From: Methanothrix sp.
GTDB lineage: Archaea > Halobacteriota > Methanosarcinia > Methanotrichales > Methanotrichaceae
Direction of reading: 5' to 3'
Assembly (NCBI GenBank): GCA_963682135.1
Contig: OY821645.1
Span: 1,120,001-1,184,000 of the forward strand
DNA length: 64,000 nucleotides
Shown here: positions 62,947-64,000 of the stretch, one piece after another
Layout of the letters: each line of letters opens with the position of its first letter
Numbering within the stretch: position 1 is the stretch's first letter
Position numbers and translations under genes: made by a program
The notes under the pieces: generated by a model
The model's input: only the letters and a program-made list of their open reading frames with translations
Database searches by the model: none
What the model was told of the DNA's origin: nothing

Positions 62947-64000
62947 TTAACTTACGCATATATACTGGCCTGTAGGGGGATCTTGATAGCAGCCATTCTG
63001 TGATCCCCCTTGACCATTTGAAGATTCTCCACGGGAGCCAGTACAGACAGTCTCGCCAGTCTCGGGATCTTCATAGCATAGACCCTGTGATCCATCGCCT
63101 TGTATTCCTTTCCGGTAACCTTCAGGCTTTTCATTGGAGCCAATGCAGGTTACTTCGCCTGTGAGTGGATCTGCATAGCATCCTCCTTGAGAGCCTTCTG
63201 GTACTGAATCCTTGGGGATAGAAGTTTCATCTCCAGTAGTCTGGTCACCTGTGGTTGGTCCACTTGAGCTGCTGCCAGACGTTCCGCTCGATATTCGTCT
63301 GCCGCTTAATTGGCTGAAAGAGCTATTAAACATAGTAGTACCGGAGCTCCACGATCCTTCAACCTCGTTGCAATCATTTGGAAAGTTTTTAAAATAGAGC
63401 TTAATTAAGCCATTAGCTGTTGAGGGATATTTTTCTGGCCAAGGAGTAATGCCATTGAATCTAGCTTCCATATCATTGCCATTATAGGCTACAGTTCCGT
63501 AAACATCTATATCATTATATTTTCCATGGACAGTCGTTCCATCTACTTGATTTAACTGAAGGATAAAACTAGGTCCATCTTCGCGTCGTTGTGCTCCTAT
63601 TTTTTCCTCGTAATACTGATTGAATTCATAGGCTCCAGTCCAGCTACAGCCAGGCGTTTTAGGCGCTTTTTGGCCTGTCCATCTATAGGATAGTGATCCA
63701 ACACTACTACGTAACCATCCCTCAAAGTTCGCACAATCCTTATCACCACTAAGCAGTTGCATGGTAAAAGTCCCTAAATCGGTCCCCCCGTTCCCACCCA
63801 GTGTATATCTACCTACAAGGTTGTTTGCAGCCCTTCCAGCAAAATAAGAATTGAATATTTTCCCGCTTTCTCCAAGAGTGCCTTCAGCGCCGCATTCATT
63901 CATGCGAAGCACCATATTCTCCTGCGTAATCTGGTTTGTGGGATTACCATTTTCATAAAGCTCTCTGCTGGTAATCCATTCTCCATCCATATCTGAGCAG
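62947..64000 (-). CDS. Hypothetical extracellular protein with three C-terminal CYxDPxTGxxxC repeats (probably 5'-truncated by the window)
   Basis: Frame open toward the window edge; Ser/Thr/Gly linker followed by the repeats. Confidence 0.7.
   Translation of the reverse strand, partial: CSDMDGEWITSRELYENGNPTNQITQENMVLRMNECGAEGTLGESGKIFNSYFAGRAANNLVGRYTLGGNGGTDLGTFTMQLLSGDKDCANFEGWLRSSVGSLSYRWTGQKAPKTPGCSWTGAYEFNQYYEEKIGAQRREDGPSFILQLNQVDGTTVHGKYNDIDVYGTVAYNGNDMEARFNGITPWPEKYPSTANGLIKLYFKNFPNDCNEVEGSWSSGTTMFNSSFSQLSGRRISSGTSGSSSSGPTTGDQTTGDETSIPKDSVPEGSQGGCYADPLTGEVTCIGSNEKPEGYRKGIQGDGSQGLCYEDPETGETVCTGSRGESSNGQGGSQNGCYQDPPTGQYICVS

Overview
Archaeal chromosomal window. Gene content (methanogenesis marker 11, Fae, thermosome plus GrpE/DnaK/DnaJ, DUF1608 S-layer domain, MCM, pelota) indicates a Methanosarcinales methanogen, most likely Methanothrix. 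Most of it is housekeeping: phoU/pstB, chaperones, guaAA, carAB, truD, pth2, dnaG, NMD3, mcm and 8 tRNAs, two with introns. There is also a 2465-aa repetitive surface protein. Main points of interest: (1) a tRNA-Phe-linked island (~36.5-44.1 kb) made of two diverged copies of one scaffold with different cargo genes, a recurring WWxFW-coding 15-mer at gene junctions, a shared internally deleted type IIG R-M stub, TA modules and a decayed tyrosine integrase; (2) an orphan RiPP-like Cys-rich precursor followed directly by a second, leaderless core with the same Cys spacing; (3) a 170-aa mini-intein in MCM; (4) unannotated microproteins, TA relics, paired TetR operators and a motif-degenerate Ncs6/TtcA paralog. 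All family assignments come from motif recognition by eye; no searches were run.
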